A stretch of 64,000 bases of DNA from an uncultured Alphaproteobacteria bacterium (GTDB taxonomy: Bacteria; Pseudomonadota; Alphaproteobacteria; RF32; CAG-239), in contig CALXYB010000008.1 in assembly GCA_944392835.1 (NCBI GenBank), positions 4,821-68,820 on the forward strand, written 5' to 3'. The notes under the pieces are model-generated. The model ran no database searches, had not been told where the DNA came from, and worked only from the letters and a program-made list of their open reading frames with translations. Positions 10,653-20,244 of the stretch are shown piece after piece. The stretch's first letter is position 1. Every line of letters begins with the position of its first letter. Position numbers and translations under genes: made by a program.

Positions 10653-10735
10653 TACACTTATAGCAAGTGATAATTTTCATATAACAAAAATATATACAAT
10701 TTTCAAGACGCAATAAAACATATCAACAACTTTTA
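10653..10735 (+). promoter_or_regulatory. duplicated promoter/operator block, copy 2
   Basis: Identical 19-bp palindrome-containing motif plus second conserved block. Lies upstream of 10842..11246. Confidence 0.45.
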
Positions 10736-10841
10736 AGAAAGCAAAATATTATTTTGTCAAATTTTGTCTTGACTGAAACATTATTTAGAGGCATAGTAAA
10801 TGAACAAATAACTCTATTATTAATATTAACACTTTGAAAAA

Positions 10842-11246
10842 ATGGAAACAAAAGAATTTCGTTTTCAAGGCACTCTGCTTGTGCCGGTTAAGAATGTGAA
10901 AACTAATATGAATTTTTTCTGGGTTGGTACGCTCCGCTCAGAAAATAATGAAGTCTTTGTGATTGCCTTTAAGGCGGAAAACAAAGACGAATTTGTCCCC
11001 CTCTTGGAAAAAGATTTGAAAGATCTCCAAGACATGGAACAAACAGACGGGGTGAAACAGCAAGTAGCGTTTATTGAAAAAACGCTCTCTGAAGTAAAAA
11101 ATCCGGTGTTTGTAAAAGATGCCGACCATAAGCTTTTAGATGCCGCTTATAGTGTTGTTTCTCAATATTTAAGAAACAACTGTTCTCCGGCTAAGTTCAC
11201 CAGAGAAAATGTCATCTATACATCGGGGATTGTGGCAGTCTATTAA
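10842..11246 (+). CDS. hypothetical protein
   Basis: 134-aa ORF. Terminator hairpin at about 11258-11296. Confidence 0.45.
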   Translation: METKEFRFQGTLLVPVKNVKTNMNFFWVGTLRSENNEVFVIAFKAENKDEFVPLLEKDLKDLQDMEQTDGVKQQVAFIEKTLSEVKNPVFVKDADHKLLDAAYSVVSQYLRNNCSPAKFTRENVIYTSGIVAVY

Positions 11247-11321
11247 TCCTCCGGTGGTACCTTAAAGAAAACTCCTTTGTGTTGTTAAACGCAAGGGAGT
11301 TTTTTGTGGTACATCCTTTTG

Positions 11322-12701
11322 TTACATATCATAAAAAACAGCGTTTTTGTCGGCGGTATAAATTCCGCCCTTATCCGCAACATCATAGTAAACATATATG
11401 ACATTGGCGCGCTGGTGTCCCCAAGCGTTAAAATTGCCAATAACTTGTCTGGATAAGCTATGCGTAAAGACGGAACGTATGGTATTATCCAAATTTATGG
11501 CAAAGACGTTGCTAAAATTCGGGCTGGTTAAAATATTCATAACCACAATGCCGCCTTTTTTCAGGTTATTTTTGACACGGATAAAATATTCCTTGGTAAT
11601 TAGATCCATCGGAATAATGCCCATAGATGAATAAGTATCCAGCACAATCAGGTCATATTTTTGTTCGCTGTCTTTTAAAAACTGGTTGGCGTCTTCCACC
11701 ACAAATTTTTTGTTGGCATCTAATTTGTGCTCTAAAAACTTTTCTTCCGAGATTTTCAAAAGCGACTTATCAATGTCTAAAAAGGTATAATTATGAAAAG
11801 TATCACCCTCGCCCATGGTAAAACCGCCCGCGCCCAAAATCAGAATATCTTTCTTTGCATCTTTGGGCAGGGTTTCAATAAAATTGTCCTGAACATAGCG
11901 CACGTAGCCAAACCACAGGTCTTTGTCCTCTGATATTTTGGAGGAATTGCCGCCATTGATGACCATTGCACGCGCTTTGCCATCATCCGTATCCAAAATG
12001 GAGATGGTGGAGACAGCGTTGTTCTCCACAATGTCATAAACTTCGCTCAATAAACTACTGCGGTTGAGCATATAAGCCAAAATTATTGTCAGCCCCAACC
12101 AATACCATGCGGCTCTTTTGGCTAAAATTACCGAAGCGACGACCGCCGCCACAACAACGACAATGATTGTATGATTAACCCCGATAAAAGGCATAATAAC
12201 CAAAGTGGTTAAAATTGACCCTAGTACCGAACCGATGGTATCAATGGCCATTATTTTTCCGGTGCAGTTGCGATTATAGCGGTTCAAGCAACGGCTGATT
12301 AAGGCTGTTATTTTGCCAAACAAATATGGTCCGCCGGACAAAAACGCCAAAGAATAAATAAAGGTTTTGAGCACATTTGACTTTATGCCCAAGGCACTCA
12401 TCAAGCCAAAATACATATCCAGCAAAATGTAGCTTGATGCCAAGACCACCAAGAAGGCAACCCAAGCGAAGTCTTTGGCTGTCGTCTGACGAATGGAATT
12501 TTGGCTTAAGGAAAGTTCGGATCCCCGCCAATAGCCCCAAGACATAAAAGCCAGAAAGATGCCGATGATGATTGAGGTGGTGATGGCTGTTGAACCAACA
12601 AAACCGCTTAATTGGCGCAAGACAATAAGCTCTAACGACAAAGAGGCATAGCCGCCGATGAATATCGCCAGCAACAAGATAAAACGGATACGGCGGGTCA
12701 T
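11322..12701 (-). CDS. membrane-anchored spermidine synthase-like (polyamine aminopropyltransferase fold) protein
   Basis: N-terminal multi-TM region. C-terminal ILILGAGGFTMGEG...LIVLD is typical of the SpeE family. Confidence 0.6.
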   Translation of the reverse strand: MTRRIRFILLLAIFIGGYASLSLELIVLRQLSGFVGSTAITTSIIIGIFLAFMSWGYWRGSELSLSQNSIRQTTAKDFAWVAFLVVLASSYILLDMYFGLMSALGIKSNVLKTFIYSLAFLSGGPYLFGKITALISRCLNRYNRNCTGKIMAIDTIGSVLGSILTTLVIMPFIGVNHTIIVVVVAAVVASVILAKRAAWYWLGLTIILAYMLNRSSLLSEVYDIVENNAVSTISILDTDDGKARAMVINGGNSSKISEDKDLWFGYVRYVQDNFIETLPKDAKKDILILGAGGFTMGEGDTFHNYTFLDIDKSLLKISEEKFLEHKLDANKKFVVEDANQFLKDSEQKYDLIVLDTYSSMGIIPMDLITKEYFIRVKNNLKKGGIVVMNILTSPNFSNVFAINLDNTIRSVFTHSLSRQVIGNFNAWGHQRANVIYVYYDVADKGGIYTADKNAVFYDM

Positions 12702-12711
12702 TATTTATTCC

Positions 12712-13998
12712 TTACAGCAAAAAATTTTCAACCGAAAAAAGGCACTCTCCGCCAACATCATAAACAACCGCGGAAACGGGCGGAAGCACCAATTTGCCAA
12801 AGGGTGCGTCCAGCTCAACAGCAGAGTTACCGATGTTAACGGCGATGTATAAATTATTGCGGAAAAAGCTTAAAAACTCATTACCAAGAGCTGATTTTTG
12901 ATAGGGGGCATCGGCCAGATGCGGATATTTTTCCCTTAATGCGGAGAGTTTTTTGATAACCTCCGTCAGCTTGTTATCTTTCCTTAACTCCAAGCAACGG
13001 CGCAAGGCCTTGTCGCCATCGGTTTTGCGGCCGCCAACACCCCATTCGCCGCCATAATAAAGCGACGGGATTCCGGGGATTGTATATAACATAGTATATA
13101 GTATAGGCAAATGGCGGCTGTCTTTTAAGGTTGAAACAAGACGGCTGACATCGTGGTTTTCGGCAAAATTATAAAGCAGATAACCTTTATATATGCCGGC
13201 AGCGTCTTCACCAAACTGCCTGTCCAGTGAATGGGCGATTTCAAACATATTATGCGTATTGCACGAAGACCAAAGGCCTTTCCAACATTCATAATTGGTT
13301 ACACTGTCAACCAGCTTTGGTCTGAGCCAGCGGCGATAATTGCCCTTAATCACCTCACCCATTAGCCAAAAATCTGGCTTGAGTCTTAAAGTGAAGTCCC
13401 GCAGTTCTTGCATAAAGTCCATATTCAGGCAATAAGCAACATCCAAGCGCAAGCCATCTATATCAAACTCTTTAATCCAAAATTCAACGGCTTTGAGCAG
13501 ATATGCCCGAACCTCCGGATTGTTGAGGTTTAAGGTTACCAAATCATCACAGCCTTCCCAAGCATGGTAACTGAAACCATCGTTATGAGCATTATTTGTG
13601 CCAAAATCTATGCTGAACCAATCCTTATAAGCCGAATTTTGCTTATTCTCTTTCACATCGCGGAAAGCAAAGAAATCTCGCCCGACATGGTTAAACACGC
13701 CGTCCAAAACCAACAACATTCCGGCTTGGTGAACAGAATCGGCAACAGCCTTAAAATCAGCATTATTTCCCAAACGCCTATCCAACGTTAAATAATCCGC
13801 CGTGTCATAGCCATGGGCGGAAGACTCCCATATCGGCCCTAAGAGCAATGTATTACACCCCAAGGATTTGATATGCGGCAACCAATTTGTGATTTTGTTG
13901 ATGCGTGTAATCGGCTTTGCCTGAAAGTCGTTGTGTTCTTCTACAGCGCAAAAGCCCAGCGGATAAATATGATAAATAATCTTTTGGTCGGTCTGCAT
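12712..13998 (-). CDS. glycoside hydrolase family 13 (alpha-amylase family) enzyme
   Basis: GH13 motifs GHDTADY, DGLRLDVA, GEVI and NHD. Start trimmed to ATG 13998 with GGAGGT RBS. Confidence 0.8.
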   Translation of the reverse strand: MQTDQKIIYHIYPLGFCAVEEHNDFQAKPITRINKITNWLPHIKSLGCNTLLLGPIWESSAHGYDTADYLTLDRRLGNNADFKAVADSVHQAGMLLVLDGVFNHVGRDFFAFRDVKENKQNSAYKDWFSIDFGTNNAHNDGFSYHAWEGCDDLVTLNLNNPEVRAYLLKAVEFWIKEFDIDGLRLDVAYCLNMDFMQELRDFTLRLKPDFWLMGEVIKGNYRRWLRPKLVDSVTNYECWKGLWSSCNTHNMFEIAHSLDRQFGEDAAGIYKGYLLYNFAENHDVSRLVSTLKDSRHLPILYTMLYTIPGIPSLYYGGEWGVGGRKTDGDKALRRCLELRKDNKLTEVIKKLSALREKYPHLADAPYQKSALGNEFLSFFRNNLYIAVNIGNSAVELDAPFGKLVLPPVSAVVYDVGGECLFSVENFLL

Positions 13999-14130
13999 GG
14001 CACCTCCGGCGTTATAAGATATAACATTAAAGTTTTTAGGCAAGCATTTTTTATTTGACAATATACCCTCATAGGGTATAATGAAAGCACCTTTTAAGAG
14101 GTTTTAATTTTAATTTTTGGAGAATAAACA

Positions 14131-14292
14131 ATGGCTTGTAATAATCCTAAATGTAAGAATCCGAACTGCACCTGCGGCGATAACTGCAAGTGTGATGAAA
14201 ACCACCAATGCGGTGAAGGCAAAGAATGCTGCAAAGATAATAAAAAAGAGAAAAAGTGCGGCGAAAAGAAATGCTGCTGCCACAAAAAGTGA
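14131..14292 (+). CDS. small Cys-rich metallothionein-like metal-binding protein (53 aa, not in ORF track)
   Basis: ATG 14131 preceded by GGAGA RBS. MACNNPKCKNPNCTCGDNCKCDENHQCGEGKECCKDNKKEKKCGEKKCCCHKK has 15 Cys in CxC/CC/CxxC patterns. Lies immediately upstream of a CsoR-family gene. Confidence 0.6.
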   Translation: MACNNPKCKNPNCTCGDNCKCDENHQCGEGKECCKDNKKEKKCGEKKCCCHKK

Positions 14293-14301
14293 GTTAAATT
14301 T

Positions 14302-14583
14302 ATGAGCGATACAGCCCATCATCCTTGCCATAAGCAAGAGCTTCCACGACTAAACCGGATTATTGGGCAGCTTGAGGGAATCAAAAAAATGATTGAGGAG
14401 CAGCGCTATTGCCCCGATATTTTGATTCAGCTTCGGGCAACGCGTTCGGCAATCCGCGCGGTGGAAAGTAATATATTAAAAACTCATTTGCAATCTTGCG
14501 TGGCGCAGTCTTTTGCTTCGCCCGAGGACCGAGACCAAAAACTCAGTGAGCTCAAAGAGCTTTTTGACCGCTTTGAAAGTTAA
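14302..14583 (+). CDS. CsoR/RcnR-family metal-sensing transcriptional repressor
   Basis: Four-helix-bundle family signature with C37...H62-x3-C66 (CsoR-type Cu(I) ligands). N-terminal AHHPCH. Confidence 0.75.
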   Translation: MSDTAHHPCHKQELPRLNRIIGQLEGIKKMIEEQRYCPDILIQLRATRSAIRAVESNILKTHLQSCVAQSFASPEDRDQKLSELKELFDRFES

Positions 14584-14587
14584 CAAA

Positions 14588-14618
14588 AAAAGAACCTCCG
14601 TTAAGAGGTTCTTTTTTT
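14588..14618. terminator. bidirectional rho-independent terminator
   Basis: aagaacctccgttaagaggttctt hairpin flanked by A-run and T-run. Confidence 0.6.
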
Positions 14619-14623
14619 TATCT

Positions 14624-14851
14624 TTATCTTACGGCATTGGCGTTGGTATCAAAATTTTTAACATTAGCATCGGTAGCAAAGTTGACCGTGTTGGTGATAG
14701 TGTGGTCAACAGAGTCTTTCAAATAGTTTTCATAAACATACATTCCACCATAACCCAAAGCTGCCAAAAGAATGATGTAAAAAATCGCTTTCATTTTTCT
14801 CTCCTTTGCTATGTTTTTTGTCAGCTTAGAATATTTATGAAAGGAATGCAA
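14624..14851 (-). CDS. small membrane-anchored hypothetical protein
   Basis: Internal MKAIFYIILLAALGYGG hydrophobic segment. True start uncertain. Confidence 0.3.
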   Translation of the reverse strand: MHSFHKYSKLTKNIAKERKMKAIFYIILLAALGYGGMYVYENYLKDSVDHTITNTVNFATDANVKNFDTNANAVR

Positions 14852-14916
14852 GCAAAAGAAAACGCCCGATGGAGATTGTCCGTGGGGCGTTTTGTTTTTT
14901 TTAGTTTCCGGCTTTC

Positions 14917-15600
14917 TTATTGCGCTTTGCGTGAATAGCGCGCATATTCCGCTTCACGCTCGGGCGAAACATCTCGGCCTTTGCCGCTCAGCTCCTTGGT
15001 CAGTTCTGCATTAGTTGACCAGGTCTGATAGAACATCGGCGTTGCTAACGGCAAAATAGAGCGAACAGCTTTGCTCATGTAATTCTGCCAAGCCAAGGAC
15101 GGATTTCCTTCGCAGCTCAAAGGCGATGTCCCATGAACCTCACATCCGTGATCTGTCCAAACTTGAACCAGTGATGTCATAAGACCACAATGCGAACGGA
15201 AGGTTTTTAAGATTTCGGCAACCTGCTCAACCAAGATATTGCCTTCTACCAGCAAAGACTTAGTTACAAGCCCCGTACCAGCAGAAGCAACATTATTCAA
15301 AGGCACGGTATAAATCGCATTACTTAACGATATATTGCCGGTTAGATGACAGATATCATCAAGAGCGGATTTATAAGACATCTGGTTTGGTTGGTGTGGC
15401 TGGTAAAACAGCCCGAAGACCATCTTGTTATCCTCACTGCCTTGTTCGCAGGCATAATACAAATCACCACGTTGCAAAAAATAACTCTGCAAAATGTTTT
15501 TGGTTTTGCCCAACAGATGTTTAATTTCACTCTCGGCATCTCTTATAAAATCAGCCGAAAAATAAGGAATAAAGATTCCCGGGATTAATTTTCTTTCCAT
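14917..15600 (-). CDS. hypothetical protein
   Basis: 227-aa ORF with coding-like composition, flanked by terminators. No recognisable domain. Confidence 0.45.
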   Translation of the reverse strand: MERKLIPGIFIPYFSADFIRDAESEIKHLLGKTKNILQSYFLQRGDLYYACEQGSEDNKMVFGLFYQPHQPNQMSYKSALDDICHLTGNISLSNAIYTVPLNNVASAGTGLVTKSLLVEGNILVEQVAEILKTFRSHCGLMTSLVQVWTDHGCEVHGTSPLSCEGNPSLAWQNYMSKAVRSILPLATPMFYQTWSTNAELTKELSGKGRDVSPEREAEYARYSRKAQ

Positions 15601-15728
15601 ATACTTAGAGATTTAATTATAAAAAAACTTGTGTTTCAAGTTAATGCGTTTTTGTCTATCTGTCAAACATTAAATGCTTGCCAAGCGCATTTTCTTTGCA
15701 TATCTTGCTAAAAAACAATGGAGATGAG

Positions 15729-16181
15729 ATGGAAGAGTTTGTTAACTATGGTTATTTGGGCTTGTTTGCCGCGGCTTTTTTGGCGGCGACCATTTTGCCC
15801 GTGGGCTCGGAGCCGTTGTTTGCAATGATGATTGCCATGGATTTTGACGTTTGGCTTTGTTTGCTGTTTGCCTCAATCGGAAACTGGCTCGGCGGAATGA
15901 CAAATTATTGGCTCGGACGGTTAGGCAAAATTGAATGGGCCAAGAAATATCTTAAAATGAGCCCCGAGAAATTTGATAAGCTTCAACATAATTTAGCGCA
16001 ATATGGTGCGGGGATGGCTTTTTTCAGCTTTTTACCGCTTATCGGAGACTTAATTGCTTTTGGCTTGGGATATGTGCGCGCCAAGCAAAGCATTGTCGCT
16101 TTCTCTATGCTTTTGGGCAAGGTCTTTCGCTATGCGCTCATCGTTTATGCCGTTTTCTTTGGTAAAGATATCTTGTTATAA
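15729..16181 (+). CDS. YqaA/DedA-family membrane protein
   Basis: N-terminus NYGYLGLFAAAFLAATILPVGSE matches the YqaA family. GGAG RBS before ATG 15729. Confidence 0.6.
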   Translation: MEEFVNYGYLGLFAAAFLAATILPVGSEPLFAMMIAMDFDVWLCLLFASIGNWLGGMTNYWLGRLGKIEWAKKYLKMSPEKFDKLQHNLAQYGAGMAFFSFLPLIGDLIAFGLGYVRAKQSIVAFSMLLGKVFRYALIVYAVFFGKDILL

Positions 16182-16225
16182 AATTTTAAACTTTTGCGAC
16201 TATATTAAAAACCGAATCATTAATT

Positions 16226-17401
16226 ATGCAGGAGGTTGTTATGGCTAATCGCTTTATCCTGAATGAAACAAGTTATCACGGACACGGCGCGGTCAACGAG
16301 CTTGTGCCGGAGGTTAAGAGCAGAGGTTTTAAGAAAGCCTTGATTGTTACCGATGCCGACTTGGTTAAGTTTAAGGTGGTTAAGAAAGTTACGGATATTT
16401 TGGACAAGAACAAAATGTCTTATGAGATTTTTGACAAGGTTAAGGCCAACCCGAGTGTGGAGATTGTGCAAGAGGGCGTTAAGGCCTTCAAAAAAGCCAA
16501 AGCCGACTATATGATTGCCATTGGCGGTGGCTCGCCGCAAGATACGGCCAAAGGTATCGGTATTATCATTAACAACCCCGAATTTGCCGATGTGGTTTCT
16601 TTGGAAGGTGTGGCTCCGACCAAAAATAAAAGCGTGCCGGTTATCGCAATTGCAACAACAGCCGGAACAGCTGCCGAAACCACCATCAATTATGTGATTA
16701 CGGACGAAAAGAAACGCCGCAAGTTTGTTTGCGTTGACCCACATGATATTCCGGTTGTGGCTATTGTTGACCCGGATATGATGTCCAGTATGCCTAAAGG
16801 GTTGACTGCGGCAACGGGTATGGATGCCCTGACACACGCGATTGAGGGTTATACGACACTCGGCGCCTGGGAGCTGGCGGATACACTCAACCTAAAAGCG
16901 ATTGAGCTGATTGCAAAAAACTTGCGCAAAGCCGTTGACAACGACCCCGACGGGCGCGAAGGTATGGCTCTGGGACAATATGTTACCGGTATGGCTTTTT
17001 CTAATGTGGGTTTGGGTGTGGTTCATGGAATGGCGCATCCGCTCTCGGCTTTTTATGATACACCACATGGTGTGGCAAACGCTGTTTTGCTGCCTTATGT
17101 GATGGAATTTAACGCTCCCTACACGGGCACAAAATTCCGCGATATTGCCAAGGCAATGGGTGTGAAAAAAGTTGATGAAATGAAGCAAGCCGAATATCGG
17201 GAAGCAGCAATTAAGGCGGTTAAGAAACTTTCCAAAGATGTGGGGATTCCGAAGACGCTTAAGGAAATCGGCGTGAAGAAAGAAGACTTGGAAGCTTTGG
17301 CCGAGGCGGCAATGGCTGATGTCTGCACCGGAGGCAATCCCCGTCCCTGCAGCAAAGAGCTGGTCTTAGAAGTTTATAAAAAAGCCTTTAACGGCAAATA
17401 A
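16226..17401 (+). CDS. iron-containing alcohol dehydrogenase (lactaldehyde/propanediol oxidoreductase-like)
   Basis: GGGSPQDTAKG NAD-binding motif. Conserved metal-ligand His residues. 391 aa. Confidence 0.85.
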   Translation: MQEVVMANRFILNETSYHGHGAVNELVPEVKSRGFKKALIVTDADLVKFKVVKKVTDILDKNKMSYEIFDKVKANPSVEIVQEGVKAFKKAKADYMIAIGGGSPQDTAKGIGIIINNPEFADVVSLEGVAPTKNKSVPVIAIATTAGTAAETTINYVITDEKKRRKFVCVDPHDIPVVAIVDPDMMSSMPKGLTAATGMDALTHAIEGYTTLGAWELADTLNLKAIELIAKNLRKAVDNDPDGREGMALGQYVTGMAFSNVGLGVVHGMAHPLSAFYDTPHGVANAVLLPYVMEFNAPYTGTKFRDIAKAMGVKKVDEMKQAEYREAAIKAVKKLSKDVGIPKTLKEIGVKKEDLEALAEAAMADVCTGGNPRPCSKELVLEVYKKAFNGK

Positions 17402-17554
17402 AGCATAAGACAAGAGAGGCTCTGACATGGGGTCTCTCTTCTTATTTGGACAAAAATTTGACTTAAAGTGTAAAATATTCTTGCCATAAGGGTGATAATG
17501 AGCTATATTAGGCGTTACAAATAACCCTATTATTCATTAAAAAAAATTACAATT

Positions 17555-18283
17555 ATGGCTTTAATTTTTTGGGAGAATGCCCTGATTAAGAAAAGTGAAA
17601 AGCCCGTTGTTGCCTTACTTCTTGGCACAGAGAATGGGCTGTATGAAACAAATGATAGCTATAACAAAGCAATAGAAGATGCCGGAGGTATCCCCGTGCA
17701 GTTCGGCTTTGATGATGTATATCATAAGCTGTCGGTATTGAAACCGGATGCAGTATTGCTCCCCGGCGGTGCTTTCAAAACTCCAGACTGTTGGTACGGA
17801 CAGTTTGAGGGCGATGACACTATTAACTCTCGTACGCAGGCATATATTGATATGCTTAAGTACGCAGAGGAGAACAAATTGCCGCTCCTCGGAATTTGCG
17901 CCGGAATGCAGCTTTTGGCGGTGAAATATTGTTCCCTGCTGCTTGCCAAAATAAACGGACACAAGCTTCCGGGGAATGATGAGGCTCACTCCATCCGCAT
18001 TCAAGCAGGTTCTCTGCTCGCGGATATTGTGGGGCCGAAAGAATTAACCGTTAACTCGCGCCACAATGAAGCGGTCAACCCGAACATTCTTGGCGATGAG
18101 CTGAGAATTACGGCAATGGCCGAGGACGGCACGGTGGAAGCCATTGAGCTGAAAATGCCTTGGTGCGATTTTGTTCTAGGGCTTCAATTTCACCCCGAAA
18201 ATCTGGCGAATAAGGGAAATGCCAGATGTAAACGGATTTTTGAAGCATTTGTCGCGGCTGCTGCCAGACATATGCAGAAATAA
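17555..18283 (+). CDS. class I glutamine amidotransferase-like / gamma-glutamyl hydrolase (peptidase C26, PuuD-like)
   Basis: LLGICAGMQLL nucleophile elbow. His/Glu in C-terminal FHPE. Confidence 0.65.
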   Translation: MALIFWENALIKKSEKPVVALLLGTENGLYETNDSYNKAIEDAGGIPVQFGFDDVYHKLSVLKPDAVLLPGGAFKTPDCWYGQFEGDDTINSRTQAYIDMLKYAEENKLPLLGICAGMQLLAVKYCSLLLAKINGHKLPGNDEAHSIRIQAGSLLADIVGPKELTVNSRHNEAVNPNILGDELRITAMAEDGTVEAIELKMPWCDFVLGLQFHPENLANKGNARCKRIFEAFVAAAARHMQK

Positions 18284-18301
18284 AAACTTTTCCCCTAAAC
18301 A

Positions 18302-18340
18302 AAAACAGCGCCCTTTCAGAGCGCTGTTTTTTTGTGCCGC
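18302..18340. terminator. bidirectional terminator
   Basis: cagcgccctttcagagcgctg hairpin followed by a T-run. Confidence 0.55.
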
Positions 18341-18346
18341 AAAGGC

Positions 18347-18838
18347 TTATTTGCGGTTGATGGTAATTTTTTTCTTGCGGCCTTTTTCTTCCTGAGATTT
18401 CGGAATAAAGACTTTCAAAACACCGTTTTCAAAGTCAGCTTTGGCATCATCAAACTTCAAATCCCAAGGCAGAGGAATGGTTCTTTTGAATGAGCCGTAA
18501 GAAATCTCTGAAAAATAGCTGCCTTTTGAATGTTCTTTCTTCTCTTGGTGTTTTTCACCGGACAAGGTCAAGTAGCCATCAGAAGAGATTTCCAAGTCAA
18601 CATCTTTTTCCGAGATGCCCGGAAGCTCAGCGCAGACGGTTACGTCATTTTCGTTTTCTGAGACCTCAATTTTGGGTTCCATATTCTTAAATGCGGCGTT
18701 TTCGGTCGGAAGTTCAAGCCAGCCGTTGAAAAAGCTGTTGACCAAATCATTCAAATCTTTGCGATAACCATAATGCATCGGAGTATTGTGGCTGTGTTCT
18801 TTGCGTGTAATCAGTGAATCAGACATTTTTTCCTCCAT
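18347..18838 (-). CDS. Hsp20/alpha-crystallin family small heat-shock protein
   Basis: Alpha-crystallin-domain pattern across ENDVTVCAELPGISEKDVDLEISSDGYLTLSGEK. Confidence 0.8.
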   Translation of the reverse strand: MEEKMSDSLITRKEHSHNTPMHYGYRKDLNDLVNSFFNGWLELPTENAAFKNMEPKIEVSENENDVTVCAELPGISEKDVDLEISSDGYLTLSGEKHQEKKEHSKGSYFSEISYGSFKRTIPLPWDLKFDDAKADFENGVLKVFIPKSQEEKGRKKKITINRK

Positions 18839-19099
18839 TAAAAATTTATCACTTTCTAAGTTTTAGGTAAGAAACAAAAATGACGAAATCAAGAGGATAT
18901 GAAAAAATTTTTATTGTCGGCTAGATTAGACAAAATTTTTTAAAACGCCCTTATTTATTGTTGTCTTCTGTCTAAAAATGTGATAGTATAAACTTCGGTA
19001 TTATAAGCTGTTGTTTATTATTTAGAGATTTGTTTTCATGGTTTTTGTTGTTATACCACTGAATTCCGCTCAGATAATAAACTTTTTTATGCTTATAAT

Positions 19100-20188
19100 T
19101 TGGGTAAGAATTTAATTATTAACATAATAAATCAAAAAAAAATTATGAAAACATTTCAAATTAAGCCGTTTGACGGCAAGTGGTATCAGGGAGAAATTAG
19201 AATTCAGTACAATCTTTTGACTGTACTGAAAGTGTTGGTTTTGGCAGCTGCGCTTGCGTTGGTTGCCGCCATCATCTATCTGCTCTTCCAGGGAGCTTGC
19301 TGGCTTTGGGATGCTATCCTGATGCCAATGTTCTCTTGGATAGGAGATAATTGGCTGTGGCTGTTGCTCAGCTTGCTGGGTATTGCAGCTGTGGTTTGGG
19401 CTTGGCTCAAGGGTTTGTTCCGCAATCTCTTTAGACGCAGATCCCCAAACCAACAGAGCAAGAAGCACAGCTGGTGGTGGATGCTTTGGGCTCTTTTGGC
19501 ATTGCTGCTCGGCCTCCTTTGCTGGAGAAGCTGTAGCGGTGATGAGAGAGAGAAAGAAGCTGAAGAAACCGTGTACACCGTATATGACTTGTCATTTGAC
19601 AAAGTTATCATCGCCAGAGCTTATTTGGACGGTGTACAAGAAAAAGTAAATGAAAACTGCCCACGCGCATTGGTGGGTTTCAAATTTATTAACGACAAGT
19701 CCGTCAAGGATTACAATTTTGCAGGCCTCACTTATGAGGAATCTGTAAAAATTGTATCCAACGACTGGAAACCTTTGGTCGTTGAGAATTTGAATCCTGA
19801 ATTGCAGCTTTCTGAACAGCAGATGGCTGTGATTACCCTTGCAGCGATGCGTATGGGTAAGTACGGATTTGCCCGCTCAACCTTCTTACAGAAGGTCAAC
19901 GAAGGAAACTTCGCTGAAGTCACAAATTGGCTCCTTCTGCAGAAGGCAAACGGAGAGATTAGAGAGACCCGTGACGAGCCGAAGCAGTATTTCTTTATGC
20001 TGCGCGCTCTGTGGGAGAACAAAATCTCCATTGAGGAGCTTTTGGATATGCCAATGTTCTCATACAAGGCTATCCCTGTACAGACAATGTACAACAAGGA
20101 TGGCTCGTTTGTGTGGAACGAGGCTATCAAGGAAGCGCTAAAGAGCGGCAACTTTGCCACTCCGCGGACGGCGTTGGGACTTGAATAA
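19100..20188 (+). CDS. membrane-anchored lysozyme-like (GH24 phage-lysozyme fold) protein
   Basis: N-terminal TM helices. C-terminal QQMAVITLAAMRMGKYGFARSTFLQKVNEGNFAEVTNWLL matches the T4-lysozyme-family conserved core. Alternative start at ATG 19145. Confidence 0.45.
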   Translation: MGKNLIINIINQKKIMKTFQIKPFDGKWYQGEIRIQYNLLTVLKVLVLAAALALVAAIIYLLFQGACWLWDAILMPMFSWIGDNWLWLLLSLLGIAAVVWAWLKGLFRNLFRRRSPNQQSKKHSWWWMLWALLALLLGLLCWRSCSGDEREKEAEETVYTVYDLSFDKVIIARAYLDGVQEKVNENCPRALVGFKFINDKSVKDYNFAGLTYEESVKIVSNDWKPLVVENLNPELQLSEQQMAVITLAAMRMGKYGFARSTFLQKVNEGNFAEVTNWLLLQKANGEIRETRDEPKQYFFMLRALWENKISIEELLDMPMFSYKAIPVQTMYNKDGSFVWNEAIKEALKSGNFATPRTALGLE

Positions 20189-20244
20189 AGTCCCCTAAAA
20201 TAAAAGGAAACCTCTTTGCTTGTGAAAAGCAGAGAGGTTTTCTT

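Noticed and set aside
14094-14337. Minus-strand ORFs 14094..14285 and 14110..14337 (63 and 75 aa)
   Set aside because: They overlap the well-supported plus-strand metallothionein-like gene (RBS, start, Cys pattern). They are low-complexity translations of its antisense strand.
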